This document shows positions 18,618-27,505 of a DNA stretch of 54,361 nt, in pieces (the stretch's first letter is position 1; every line of letters starts with the position of its first letter). Made by a program: the position numbers and the translations under genes. Below the pieces are notes generated by a model. It was not told the DNA's origin, did no database searches, and saw only the letters and a program-made list of their open reading frames with translations. This stretch comes from Spirochaetota bacterium (GTDB lineage: Bacteria > Spirochaetota > UBA4802 > UBA5550). Location: contig JBNKTL010000033.1 of the NCBI GenBank assembly GCA_050298055.1, positions 1-54,361 on the forward strand, in the 5' to 3' direction.

Positions 18618-20261
18618 ATGAAAAGAGCAGTCACCATATCTCTTATTACACTCTTTATTCATTCTCTTTCGGGAACCTCTTTTACGGACCGGGCATGGGG
18701 AAAGGAGATAATCCACCGCTATGCCATTGTGGTGGGGGCCAATGACGGGGGGCCCGCGCGGATAAGGCTGAAATACGCGGTCTCCGATGCCGGCCAGTTT
18801 ATGAATGTTCTGAACAACCTGGGGGGGGTCCCGGAAGAGAACAGCGTACTCCTCTTTGACCCTGACGTGAGAAACTTTGCATCCGCGTTCAGGAAGATCC
18901 GGAGGAAGGTAAAGGAGAGGGAAAGCAGCAGCAGGAGAATTGAGTTCTTCTTCTATTTTTCGGGACATTCGGACGAAGAAGGGATCCTGCTGGGACGGGA
19001 AAAGCTTTCATATAAAAAGATCAAGAAATCCATCGAATATATCCCCGCGGATTTCAGGATAGCCATACTCGATTCCTGCTCATCAGGGGCCTTTACCCAG
19101 GTCAAGGGGGGAAGGAAGAGGCCTCCCTTCCTCTTCGATGAGTCGCATAACATGAAGGGGAATGCCATCCTCACATCGAGCTCCTCAGACGAAGTATCGC
19201 AGGAATCCGACAGGATAAAGGGTTCCTTTTTCACACACTACCTGGTGACCGGTCTCAGGGGAGCGGCAGACGTAACCCAGGACAGCAGAATCACCCTGAA
19301 CGAGGCGTACCAGTTCGCCTATTCCGAGACCCTTTCGCGGACGGAAAAGACCCTGAGCGGACCGCAGCACCCCAACTACAACATACAGATGACCGGAACG
19401 GGAGACGTTATTCTCACGGACATCAGGAAAGGGGCCGCAAAACTCATACTGTCAAGAAACCTCACGGGCAAATTTTTCATCAACGACCATGAGGATATCC
19501 TGGTGTCCGAATTCAGAAAAGCATACGGGAGAACAATGAGCATCGGCCTGGACAGCGGCGCCTACTCCGTTATTAACCAGAGACGCGACGGTACCTACCA
19601 GGCAAAGATCAGGCTCACGGGGAGGAGATCACAGACTCTTGCCATGGGGCATTTCTCAAAAACGGAGACCGAGACAACATATTCACGGGGAGGCCGTTCA
19701 AAAGAAGAAAAAGACAGTGTGCTGATCCCGGATTTTCACAGGCTGAAATTTTCCGGTTACGGCGCTCCCGTGGTCTCATTCGGAAAAGCCGGCAGCACAC
19801 TGGGGACCTACGTGGGGGGCAAGGGGGGACTTATTATCAACAGGCATTATGTGATTGGCGGAAGCGGTTTCGGGCTTGCCTGGCCGAACAAGAGGGAAGA
19901 AATCACCGGGGACCCCTATACGGGGGACAGACCCATAGTGGGGATGGGTTACGGGGGAGGAATGCTTGAATATATTTTTTCACCGTCAACCCTGGTAAAC
20001 GCCACAGCCGGGTTAGTGATCGGCGGAGGAGGGATTGGAGTTTCGGATACGGTGAACAGCGGCAACAGTAATGAGACCCGGAATGACACTTTTTTTATCA
20101 TTGAGCCTGATATCAACCTTTCCCTGAACGTAACCTGGTTCTTCAGGCTGAGCTTCGGCATCTCATACAGGTATGTAAACGGTATTGATACCTATGAGTT
20201 CAAGGACAGTGATTTCAGCGGGTTCAACGCAAGGATCACCCTGTCATTCGGTGTCTTTTAG
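18618..20261 (+). CDS. Exported caspase-like peptidase (C14) fused to a C-terminal outer-membrane beta-barrel
   Basis: Signal peptide; YAIVVGAN, LKYAVSDA, YFSGHS (His), ILDSCSSG (Cys), GSFFTH, QHP; barrel ending FGVF. Confidence 0.88.
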   Translation: MKRAVTISLITLFIHSLSGTSFTDRAWGKEIIHRYAIVVGANDGGPARIRLKYAVSDAGQFMNVLNNLGGVPEENSVLLFDPDVRNFASAFRKIRRKVKERESSSRRIEFFFYFSGHSDEEGILLGREKLSYKKIKKSIEYIPADFRIAILDSCSSGAFTQVKGGRKRPPFLFDESHNMKGNAILTSSSSDEVSQESDRIKGSFFTHYLVTGLRGAADVTQDSRITLNEAYQFAYSETLSRTEKTLSGPQHPNYNIQMTGTGDVILTDIRKGAAKLILSRNLTGKFFINDHEDILVSEFRKAYGRTMSIGLDSGAYSVINQRRDGTYQAKIRLTGRRSQTLAMGHFSKTETETTYSRGGRSKEEKDSVLIPDFHRLKFSGYGAPVVSFGKAGSTLGTYVGGKGGLIINRHYVIGGSGFGLAWPNKREEITGDPYTGDRPIVGMGYGGGMLEYIFSPSTLVNATAGLVIGGGGIGVSDTVNSGNSNETRNDTFFIIEPDINLSLNVTWFFRLSFGISYRYVNGIDTYEFKDSDFSGFNARITLSFGVF

Positions 20262-20264
20262 CGG

Positions 20265-20573
20265 TCAATTCACAGGGTCCCGGTACCGGAGCTCAACAAG
20301 TTCCGGCATCTCATGGGCGATGTTCCGCATCTCAACGGTTACACTGTCAATTTTATGGATAACATAATCGACCTTATCATCGATTTCACTGTCTTTTTCA
20401 GCGGGACCGGCCCTTTTTTCATTAATAATATTAATTGTTTCAAAAAAATCAAGGACATAGTTATTGAGAAGTTCGACCGATTCCCTGGTTAAATCGTAGA
20501 CCCTCTTCGATTCATCATCATTTCTCTGAAATTTTTTCAATACAAGAACTGGCTGCTGTTTTATATCAGTCAT
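20265..20573 (-). CDS. Hypothetical helical protein
   Basis: 102-aa ORF with GGGAG RBS; co-oriented with upstream minus-strand genes. Confidence 0.55.
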   Translation of the reverse strand: MTDIKQQPVLVLKKFQRNDDESKRVYDLTRESVELLNNYVLDFFETINIINEKRAGPAEKDSEIDDKVDYVIHKIDSVTVEMRNIAHEMPELVELRYRDPVN

Positions 20574-20625
20574 CTTCGGTTACTCCCGGTTTAAATACAG
20601 GATACTTCAAAAATCGTTTTTTTCA

Positions 20626-21345
20626 TCAGTCAGAGATATTTTTTTTATCATCACCTGTCTCTTCCCGTGAACCAGAACAGTCCTCCCCGTAGAGGTTTAT
20701 ATACTTCATGACCTTTGCAACAGCGTCCGGTTTCATGTTTCTTTTTGACGGGGGAAAGCTTTTTATGACCGAATCCACCCTCCCGTACACGGAACAGAAC
20801 GAGCTCTTCATCAGTCCCTGGGCCTCAACCAGTGAAAGGATGAACTGGAAGGTAAAATTATCCGGTTCACGCTCCGCGGCATGCCTGAGTATCTCCGCCG
20901 CCCCTTCCCTCCATATCCCGAATCCCCCGGACCTGAGAGGTTTCAGGGTAAAATAATCATCCATGGCCAGGAGGTAGCCGAGGACAAAGAGCTCGGCCGG
21001 TTTCATCAGGGTATAGCTCATGTCATTGGGAGAGACCCTCTTCCTGTTCGCGAGAGCAGTGATGTAGAGGACGGCATTCTTCTGTCCCCTTATGTTCCAT
21101 CCCAGGGCATTGATGACCGCGGCCTTTCTGTCCGCAGGCGCTGTCCCCAGGAGATAGCCGAGCACCTTCCCCGCGGCTTTTCTGCTCTTTCGCGCTTCCC
21201 GGACCTCCGGAATTTCCCGGTAGAGTGTATAAAAGTCCGTTGAAGTGAGAGGGGAATCGGCTGACAGTTTATCTCCCCAAAAGAGAAGGGAGATCACGAA
21301 AAGAAAAAGAAGACCTGGTCCTGTTCTGCTGCTCTTTTTTTGCAT
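20626..21345 (-). CDS. Exported hypothetical protein
   Basis: Signal peptide then DSPLTSTDF; KAAVINALGW and YLLAMDDYF. Confidence 0.65.
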   Translation of the reverse strand: MQKKSSRTGPGLLFLFVISLLFWGDKLSADSPLTSTDFYTLYREIPEVREARKSRKAAGKVLGYLLGTAPADRKAAVINALGWNIRGQKNAVLYITALANRKRVSPNDMSYTLMKPAELFVLGYLLAMDDYFTLKPLRSGGFGIWREGAAEILRHAAEREPDNFTFQFILSLVEAQGLMKSSFCSVYGRVDSVIKSFPPSKRNMKPDAVAKVMKYINLYGEDCSGSREETGDDKKNISD

Positions 21346-21388
21346 GATAATATCCTTAACCTGAATTTTCCATTAATTTTATACCGGT

Positions 21389-22735
21389 CTATTTTTCAAC
21401 AACAATGTCAAAATAACTTTTTCCGTCCCGCAGGGTATACTTGTCAAAATCTATTTTTTTCCCGGCAGGCCTGTGCCGGTACCTGCTCCATTTTACCTTC
21501 ATCCCGGTAAAAAGAGAGTAGATACCAACTGCCAGTCCGAGGGCTATCTCATTCTGTTTCCGGGTAAGAATATACCGGTCACTCCCGCGCCTCAGGTAGC
21601 CCAGCTCAAAGAGGGGGCTGACGGCATTCATGTGAAGGGGAACGATCCAGGTCCCGACGTACGGTTTGCCGATAATGAGATTCCCCGGCTTCACCCCCTT
21701 CCCGTGGAGAGAGTACTGCATAAACTTTATCAGCTCATACGCGGCATAGAGATTGTCCCCTCCATACCCGTAGTATCCCCCTTCTCTCCTGTAGCTTTCA
21801 AACACTGACTTTTCCCTCTCCCAGAACCTCCCCGAGGGGACCACATCGTTGTAATCAACAGAGTACCTGCTCCCCCGGGGATGACCTGCCGCTTTTTTTT
21901 CCCAGCCGGGACCGTCCCTGTACGCCCATGTCACCATGTTGTACCTGTACCCCCTGAAATCACCCGGATCCGGGGTCAGGTCCCCTTTGAGATGAAATGA
22001 AGTAAAATAGAACGAGACATCATCAAGGTAGCAGTACCAGTCGTCCCTCAGGTCCCTGCTGAGACACCAGTTCCTGTACCTGAATTTTTTCCTGAAGTAC
22101 CGTGACCTCTCCTTATCCTGAACATACCTGAGCCCCCTGTAGAGCACACGGTAGGGTACCGCGATAACCGGGCTCATTCCCCTGTAATACCTGCTCCCCC
22201 GTGACGCGAGATGCAGGGAGACCACCAGGTGAGGTTTTAAAGCATTAATGCGTGATATCTTTCCCTTTATCATCCTGCCTTTGCTGTCAGGAAAATCAAA
22301 AAACCTGTACCCGGCATTGGGGTCATCCGTTTTTGCGGCAGTACCGGGAGAGATTGACTTTTCCCGGCTCATGAAGGTCTGCAGATATATTCGGGGAAAT
22401 TTTATCCCGGTAAACTGCCGTGCAAGTCTTTTAAACCTCCAGAATTCACCTCCCGGTTCACAGTACCTGAGTATCCTTGCCGTTTTCACCGCAATGCTGT
22501 AGACAATCTCATGTTCTTTTAGTCCCCGGTACTTCGCGCCATACTTGAACGGATCGAGATACTCTCCGGACAGGGGATCGTAGCGGTCACCGTGCCGGGA
22601 CTGGGGCTCTTTGCTTACGCCCCCATGCCCGGGATTCAGGACGACCCGGTAAACCGGAACAGTCATCTTTTCAGGATAAAGGGGCCCCGATACCGGTAAA
22701 AGGAAAAAAAATATAAGAGAAATTTTCTTCAGCAT
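21389..22735 (-). CDS. N-acetylmuramoyl-L-alanine amidase (Amidase_3 fold) with large insertions
   Basis: VVLNPGHGG, E in KEHEI, VSLHL and FELGY Zn/catalytic motifs; signal peptide. Confidence 0.75.
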   Translation of the reverse strand: MLKKISLIFFFLLPVSGPLYPEKMTVPVYRVVLNPGHGGVSKEPQSRHGDRYDPLSGEYLDPFKYGAKYRGLKEHEIVYSIAVKTARILRYCEPGGEFWRFKRLARQFTGIKFPRIYLQTFMSREKSISPGTAAKTDDPNAGYRFFDFPDSKGRMIKGKISRINALKPHLVVSLHLASRGSRYYRGMSPVIAVPYRVLYRGLRYVQDKERSRYFRKKFRYRNWCLSRDLRDDWYCYLDDVSFYFTSFHLKGDLTPDPGDFRGYRYNMVTWAYRDGPGWEKKAAGHPRGSRYSVDYNDVVPSGRFWEREKSVFESYRREGGYYGYGGDNLYAAYELIKFMQYSLHGKGVKPGNLIIGKPYVGTWIVPLHMNAVSPLFELGYLRRGSDRYILTRKQNEIALGLAVGIYSLFTGMKVKWSRYRHRPAGKKIDFDKYTLRDGKSYFDIVVEK

Positions 22736-22831
22736 AGAGGGATAATAGTTTTAACCTGTAACAAGATTTCACGGCAGTTGTTATAACCGGTTTTTATTAT
22801 AAGGGACCGGGGAGCCCTGTCAAATGAAAAA

Positions 22832-23929
22832 TCAGGGGAAGCTGATGATATTCAACGAGAGGTAGGGATTTTCACCGGTATTCCCGCTTTTGCCTTTGCA
22901 GCTGTCATCATAACTCTCATAATCCAGAAGCACCGCCGCATGGTTCCCGAAGGGACTCATAAGCATCTTCCTGACCTGGAGATCCGTGAGACCATTAATT
23001 CTATTGATATATCCTTTAATTCTCCCTGACCTGATGACCTCCGCATCATCCGTTGAACTGAGATAGACGCTGGCTGATTTAAGACTTATGACTTTTCCTT
23101 TGACCCGCTCACACCTGTACCTGATAAATGCCATCTCACGGGCAAAATCGATACCGATTCTGTATTTCCTGTGATCAAGAGTGACAGAGCCGCTTTCCGG
23201 TTGAAATGAGGTAAACTGCACAATTTTAAACCTGTTCAAAAGATCCGATATTGACTGGTAGTTTTTCTTCCACAGACCGGGAAATCCGTCACCCCTTTCC
23301 GATTTCCAGAACAGGGAAGAAACAACCTCACCAGTCTTCCCCTGCCTGATGATGAATTCATAACCGCTGCGGCCGTACTTTTTGCTGTATCTTCTGCATA
23401 TGTAGGCAAAGTTTCCCTTCTTTGACCACCCGATAGGATAATGGACTCCCTCCATTGAGGTAATGTGTTTCGGTTCAAGATAGAACCTGTGTTTCATCAT
23501 ATGAAGGAGTTCCGCATAAGCAGCCGAATTACGGAAAGCTTTCAGTTTATCATCTGTCATGATAAGCCTGTATACACCGGGAGACCTGTCGATCTTCAGG
23601 GCAAGACCGAAGTATCCCGACGCGTCCTTCATCCGTCCCTCAAGAAGCCGTGCGCGTCCCATGTTGTAATAGGGTTCCCACCAGAGAGGGTCAACAAGAA
23701 CAGCCTCATGCCATATCTCCATGGCCTCACTGTATCTTTTTAACGTATAGCTGTACTTTGCCCTGTTGTTAAGGGCGCCCGCAAGGGTTCTGTTCCCTTT
23801 TTTCTTTACGACTTTGTTTAAAAAAGGCAGGTATTTATCCGGTTCTCTTTCCCGCTTCTTCCCGCTTCCCGAAAGGGGAAGACCCGGGAGAAAAAAGAAA
23901 ATAATAAGGAGGGATATGAGTCTATACAT
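22832..23929 (-). CDS. Exported TPR-containing protein
   Basis: Signal peptide; TPR (PYYNMGRARLLEG); PIGWSKKG beta-rich domain. Confidence 0.65.
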   Translation of the reverse strand: MYRLISLLIIFFFLPGLPLSGSGKKREREPDKYLPFLNKVVKKKGNRTLAGALNNRAKYSYTLKRYSEAMEIWHEAVLVDPLWWEPYYNMGRARLLEGRMKDASGYFGLALKIDRSPGVYRLIMTDDKLKAFRNSAAYAELLHMMKHRFYLEPKHITSMEGVHYPIGWSKKGNFAYICRRYSKKYGRSGYEFIIRQGKTGEVVSSLFWKSERGDGFPGLWKKNYQSISDLLNRFKIVQFTSFQPESGSVTLDHRKYRIGIDFAREMAFIRYRCERVKGKVISLKSASVYLSSTDDAEVIRSGRIKGYINRINGLTDLQVRKMLMSPFGNHAAVLLDYESYDDSCKGKSGNTGENPYLSLNIISFP

Positions 23930-24072
23930 AACATAATCTATTTAAGCCCGGAGAGATATCTCAAAGCATCACCGGCTGATATTTACAGATCAAGACCGGT
24001 TTCTGTAAAGTCTTTTTCATGGAAGGGACACGAAGAACATGCCGGACTTTCTTTCCCTCCCGGGACCGGTAT

Positions 24073-24216
24073 CTATATGCTCTTCAACTCTTCTATCATG
24101 CTTTTGAGTTTCTGATACTCCCGGGACTCGTTGCTGTAAAGGGCAAGACAGGACGTAAAGCACTCAATATACTCATTTTTCCAGTTTTCAAACTTCTTGT
24201 TTTTCTTCTCCATCAT
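24073..24216 (-). CDS. 47-aa small protein (not in ORF track)
   Basis: AGGAGcctt-ATG; MMEKKNKKFENWKNEYIECFTSCLALYSNESREYQKLKSMIEELKSI*; same strand as both neighbours. Confidence 0.6.
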   Translation of the reverse strand: MMEKKNKKFENWKNEYIECFTSCLALYSNESREYQKLKSMIEELKSI

Positions 24217-24315
24217 AAGGCTCCTGCTTGGAATTAAGATTCATAGACCGCTATCTGAATTATCGGGGAAAACCGGTTTTTCTATTAGGAGAAAATCATG
24301 GTTTATTATTTTACC

Positions 24316-25248
24316 TCAACACTCCGTATCCGGTTCAATAAAAAGCCATTCAACTTCTTCATGGTTCTTCCTGATGTTTGCTTCGATCCTGTTAATGATC
24401 GCACAGGATGTATCTATATCGAGGCCGCTCTTCAGCCTGATCTTTGCCGCAAGCATCACATCCGGCCCCATCTGCATTGTAATAATATTGAAGATCTCAA
24501 CAATGTTTTCGTCAGATTCAATCTCCTTTTTTATCAATACCTGGAGTTCTTCCGATGCCGAGCGGCCGATGAGGAGTGATTTCAGCCTGATGATCAGGAA
24601 CAGGGAAACAGATATCAGGATGACCCCGATAAAGATCGACCCCAGAGAATCATAGAGAGGGTTCCCGGTGATAAATGAAAGAAGGACAAAGACAAATGCT
24701 ATAGTAAGACCAAGGAGGGCCGCAACATCCTCTCCCACAACAACAAGGAGCTCCGCCCTGGCTGTTGTTTTGATCCACTCTCCCAGGCTTTTGTTCTTTT
24801 TGATGACTTTTATCTCTCTCAATGCCCCGAGCAGGCTCAGGCTTTCCAGTATAAGAGAAACACCCAGAACCAGGAGCGCCACCCACACCCTGTTCAGTTC
24901 TTCGGGATGGTTCAGCTTCTGAACACCTTCATAGATGGAGAAGAGTCCTCCCATGCTGAAAAGGAGAACCGCAACAATAAAGCTCCAGAAGTATATAAGC
25001 TTGCCGTAACCCAGTGGGTGTCGAAGGGTGGCGGGTTTTCCGGAACGTTTCAATCCCAGGAACAGGAGCATCTGGTTTGTACAGTCTGCCAGGGAATGAA
25101 TTGCTTCTGCCAGCATACTTCCGGAACCGGTATAGAGGGCGGCTGTTCCCTTGGCCAGGGCGATCCCCAGGTTGGCCAGAAACGCGTACATAATCGCTTT
25201 TGTTGATGAGCCATGCTTTGACAAGTTATTACCTTCCTGATTTTTCAC
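24316..25248 (-). CDS. Cation diffusion facilitator (CDF) transporter
   Basis: AEAIHSLAD, HPLGYG, six TM helices, C-terminal FIEPD. Confidence 0.9.
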   Translation of the reverse strand: MKNQEGNNLSKHGSSTKAIMYAFLANLGIALAKGTAALYTGSGSMLAEAIHSLADCTNQMLLFLGLKRSGKPATLRHPLGYGKLIYFWSFIVAVLLFSMGGLFSIYEGVQKLNHPEELNRVWVALLVLGVSLILESLSLLGALREIKVIKKNKSLGEWIKTTARAELLVVVGEDVAALLGLTIAFVFVLLSFITGNPLYDSLGSIFIGVILISVSLFLIIRLKSLLIGRSASEELQVLIKKEIESDENIVEIFNIITMQMGPDVMLAAKIRLKSGLDIDTSCAIINRIEANIRKNHEEVEWLFIEPDTEC

Positions 25249-25424
25249 AAATTTACCCGGAGCAGCTTATAAATTTCTTTCTCCGGGATCAAGATGATTT
25301 TTCATTTTTTCAGCAGAGTGAGAAAAATTTAAAATATTGTCATTGACTTGTGCTCATATTTGTATATACTATTTATTGAATCATCGCTGACAGGTTCAGC
25401 CCATTGAAGAAAAGAGGATGGTAT

Positions 25425-25844
25425 ATGCGCGGTAATCCGATCAGGGGACAGGAAAATCCGGATACAGGTTCCGGGAAAAGATTGAAAATAAAGATATTAA
25501 TAGTTGAAGATGAATGGATTACCGCCAAATACATAAAAAAGGTCCTTGAGACCGAGCGCTATTCCGTAATCGGCATAGCCGCAACAGGAGAGGATGCCGT
25601 GAGAATTGTTAAGGAAAACAATCCCGATTTTATTATTATGGATATTGTTCTCCAGGGTGATATGGACGGAATTGAAACCATGAAGGAGATCCTCTCCATT
25701 GCCAGAATACCCTTTGTTTATTCCACAGCAAGCGCGGACAGCAATGTCAAAAGCCGCGCCATATCCACAACTCCCTATGGATTCCTGAATAAACCCATTG
25801 AAAAGAGCGAGTTGATATCCGTCATAAATAACGCTCTTGCATAG
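25425..25844 (+). CDS. Single-domain response regulator (REC)
   Basis: ILIVEDE, MDIVLQGDMDG, KP; GAGG RBS before ATG 25425; TTGACT-16-TATACT at 25343-25370. Confidence 0.88.
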   Translation: MRGNPIRGQENPDTGSGKRLKIKILIVEDEWITAKYIKKVLETERYSVIGIAATGEDAVRIVKENNPDFIIMDIVLQGDMDGIETMKEILSIARIPFVYSTASADSNVKSRAISTTPYGFLNKPIEKSELISVINNALA

Positions 25845-25890
25845 GAGTGGCATCCCCTTTTTACATCTTTTTACGACAAGGAGAATACGA

Positions 25891-26295
25891 ATGAATGAAA
25901 ATGACCGGATCTTCAAAACGCTTCCTCTTCCGGTGGTCTATACCTTCTTTATAATAGGGATTATTTCAGCTCTCTGCTTCAGGGCAATAATACTCTTTCA
26001 GTATTTTGACGCGGCGTATGTGAGAATCACCTGGTATACGGGAATTATCGGGTATCTCTTTTTCTTTTTGTACAGGTACCGGGTATCAATGAAAAGGAAG
26101 GAAATAATCAAGAGCTACCGGCTCATAGAAAAACTGGAAAGAGGCAAAAAGCTTGAGGAAACAGAACAGAAGGCCGTAATATATATACTGTCCTCAATTA
26201 ATGTTTCTCTTGAAAACTATAATTACAATATCATTTTCCTCCTTTCATTGTTCGCAATAATTTTCGACCTTATCCTGAGTAATACCCCGAAATAA
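25891..26295 (+). CDS. Hypothetical membrane protein (3 TM)
   Basis: AGGAG RBS before ATG 25891; three hydrophobic segments. Confidence 0.65.
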   Translation: MNENDRIFKTLPLPVVYTFFIIGIISALCFRAIILFQYFDAAYVRITWYTGIIGYLFFFLYRYRVSMKRKEIIKSYRLIEKLERGKKLEETEQKAVIYILSSINVSLENYNYNIIFLLSLFAIIFDLILSNTPK

Positions 26296-26459
26296 ATATT
26301 TCTTAACAACTCAAGCTGAGAATAATCTTATTCAGTAAAATAAATATAACCGGTATGTCCGAAATTTCTCAAATACTCCGGAAAGGAGAAATAAAAGAAT
26401 TGAAAATAAAAAGTCAATATGGCAGTCTTGCCGACAATAACAGAGGAGGATGAGACATC

Positions 26460-27347
26460 ATGAAAAAATTTCTTTATATTATATTACTCTGGTCACTTAT
26501 TTTTACTACACAGTGTAAAAAGGAGAAGAAACAGGCGGTAGCCTTCGGACTGATAAACCTTGTTACGGGAAATGTAACATTAGATGACGGGGAAACGAAA
26601 AAACCCGCGGCACTTGGAGACAAAGTGGGTTCGGGGATGATCATAACAACAGGAAGTAAATCACTGGTTGACATCTATTTTGGAGTCAATGTTGTCAGGG
26701 TCACGGATAATTCCGTCCTGGAAGTTACGGAATACCTGAAAGAGACGGCAGCCGGGGGTGAGAAAACAGACCTTATGCTGAAAAAGGGAGCAGCGTACTC
26801 AAAGGTGGTAAAAAAACTCTCGAAACAGGATGTCTACACCATCGGGACACCCACAGCCGTGGCGTCGGTCAGGGGTACCGAATTCCTGGTCAGGGAAAAG
26901 GACGGGAAGAGTAATGTGGCCTGCCTTGACGGAAAGGTCTCGGTAAGACAGCCGGAAAAGCAGGAAACGGATTCCGTCCTCCTGAAGCAGGGCCAGGAAG
27001 TTGACGTGGAAGCGGGAAAAGCGCTTTCCGTGAGGGAACTCAAGGAAGAGAACCTCAACAATATAAGGAAAGTCCTTGATGATATCAAGGAGATGAAGCT
27101 GGAGATACGGGCAAAATTCGAAGAGCAAAAGGCTGAAATAAAGAAAAAGCTTGAAGACCAGAAAGAAGCAAACAGGCAGATGCTCCAGGACCAGAAGGAT
27201 AAAAACAGGGAAAATATCCAGTCCCAGAAGGATAAGGGCAAAGAGCAGATCTCCACTATCAAGGACACCGTCAAAGAAAAAAAGGATGAGATCAAGCCCG
27301 ATCTTAAGGGTGTTAAACCGACGATCAAGAAGCCGGAGTTAAAATAG
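26460..27347 (+). CDS. FecR-domain (LipL45-like) lipoprotein with C-terminal coiled coil
   Basis: Lipobox TTQ-C; TPTAVASVRGTEF FecR signature; Lys/Glu/Gln-rich coiled coil. Confidence 0.8.
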   Translation: MKKFLYIILLWSLIFTTQCKKEKKQAVAFGLINLVTGNVTLDDGETKKPAALGDKVGSGMIITTGSKSLVDIYFGVNVVRVTDNSVLEVTEYLKETAAGGEKTDLMLKKGAAYSKVVKKLSKQDVYTIGTPTAVASVRGTEFLVREKDGKSNVACLDGKVSVRQPEKQETDSVLLKQGQEVDVEAGKALSVRELKEENLNNIRKVLDDIKEMKLEIRAKFEEQKAEIKKKLEDQKEANRQMLQDQKDKNRENIQSQKDKGKEQISTIKDTVKEKKDEIKPDLKGVKPTIKKPELK

Positions 27348-27353
27348 GGTATT

Positions 27354-27422
27354 CCCCCTAACCTGAGGGGGCGCAAGATTTTATGCCAGGACTCATTTGC
27401 GCCCTCCGGGAGCCAGGGGAGG
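27354..27422 (-). repeat. ~72-bp hairpin element, copy 2 (reverse orientation, degenerate)
   Basis: ccccctaacctgagggggcgcaagattttat..cgccctccgggagccagggg matches the reverse complement of copy 1. Confidence 0.7.
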
Positions 27423-27505
27423 ATATTTTAAGAAATATACAAAATTCAATTTCCGTAATTTCGCGTTATTAATAACAAGAAAATTTATAAAAAGGAAGAC
27501 ATTTT

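Noticed and set aside
22758..22786. Second GTAACA...TTGTTATAA motif resembling the candidate ECF promoter
   Set aside because: Spacer is 2 nt shorter and it points antisense into a minus-strand gene; likely chance
26407..26437. sigma28-like TAAA...GCCGACAA upstream of the FecR lipoprotein
   Set aside because: Spacing does not fit the consensus; too weak to call
26834..27376. 180-aa hydrophobic minus-strand ORF
   Set aside because: Antisense artefact of the Lys/Glu-rich coiled coil of the FecR lipoprotein
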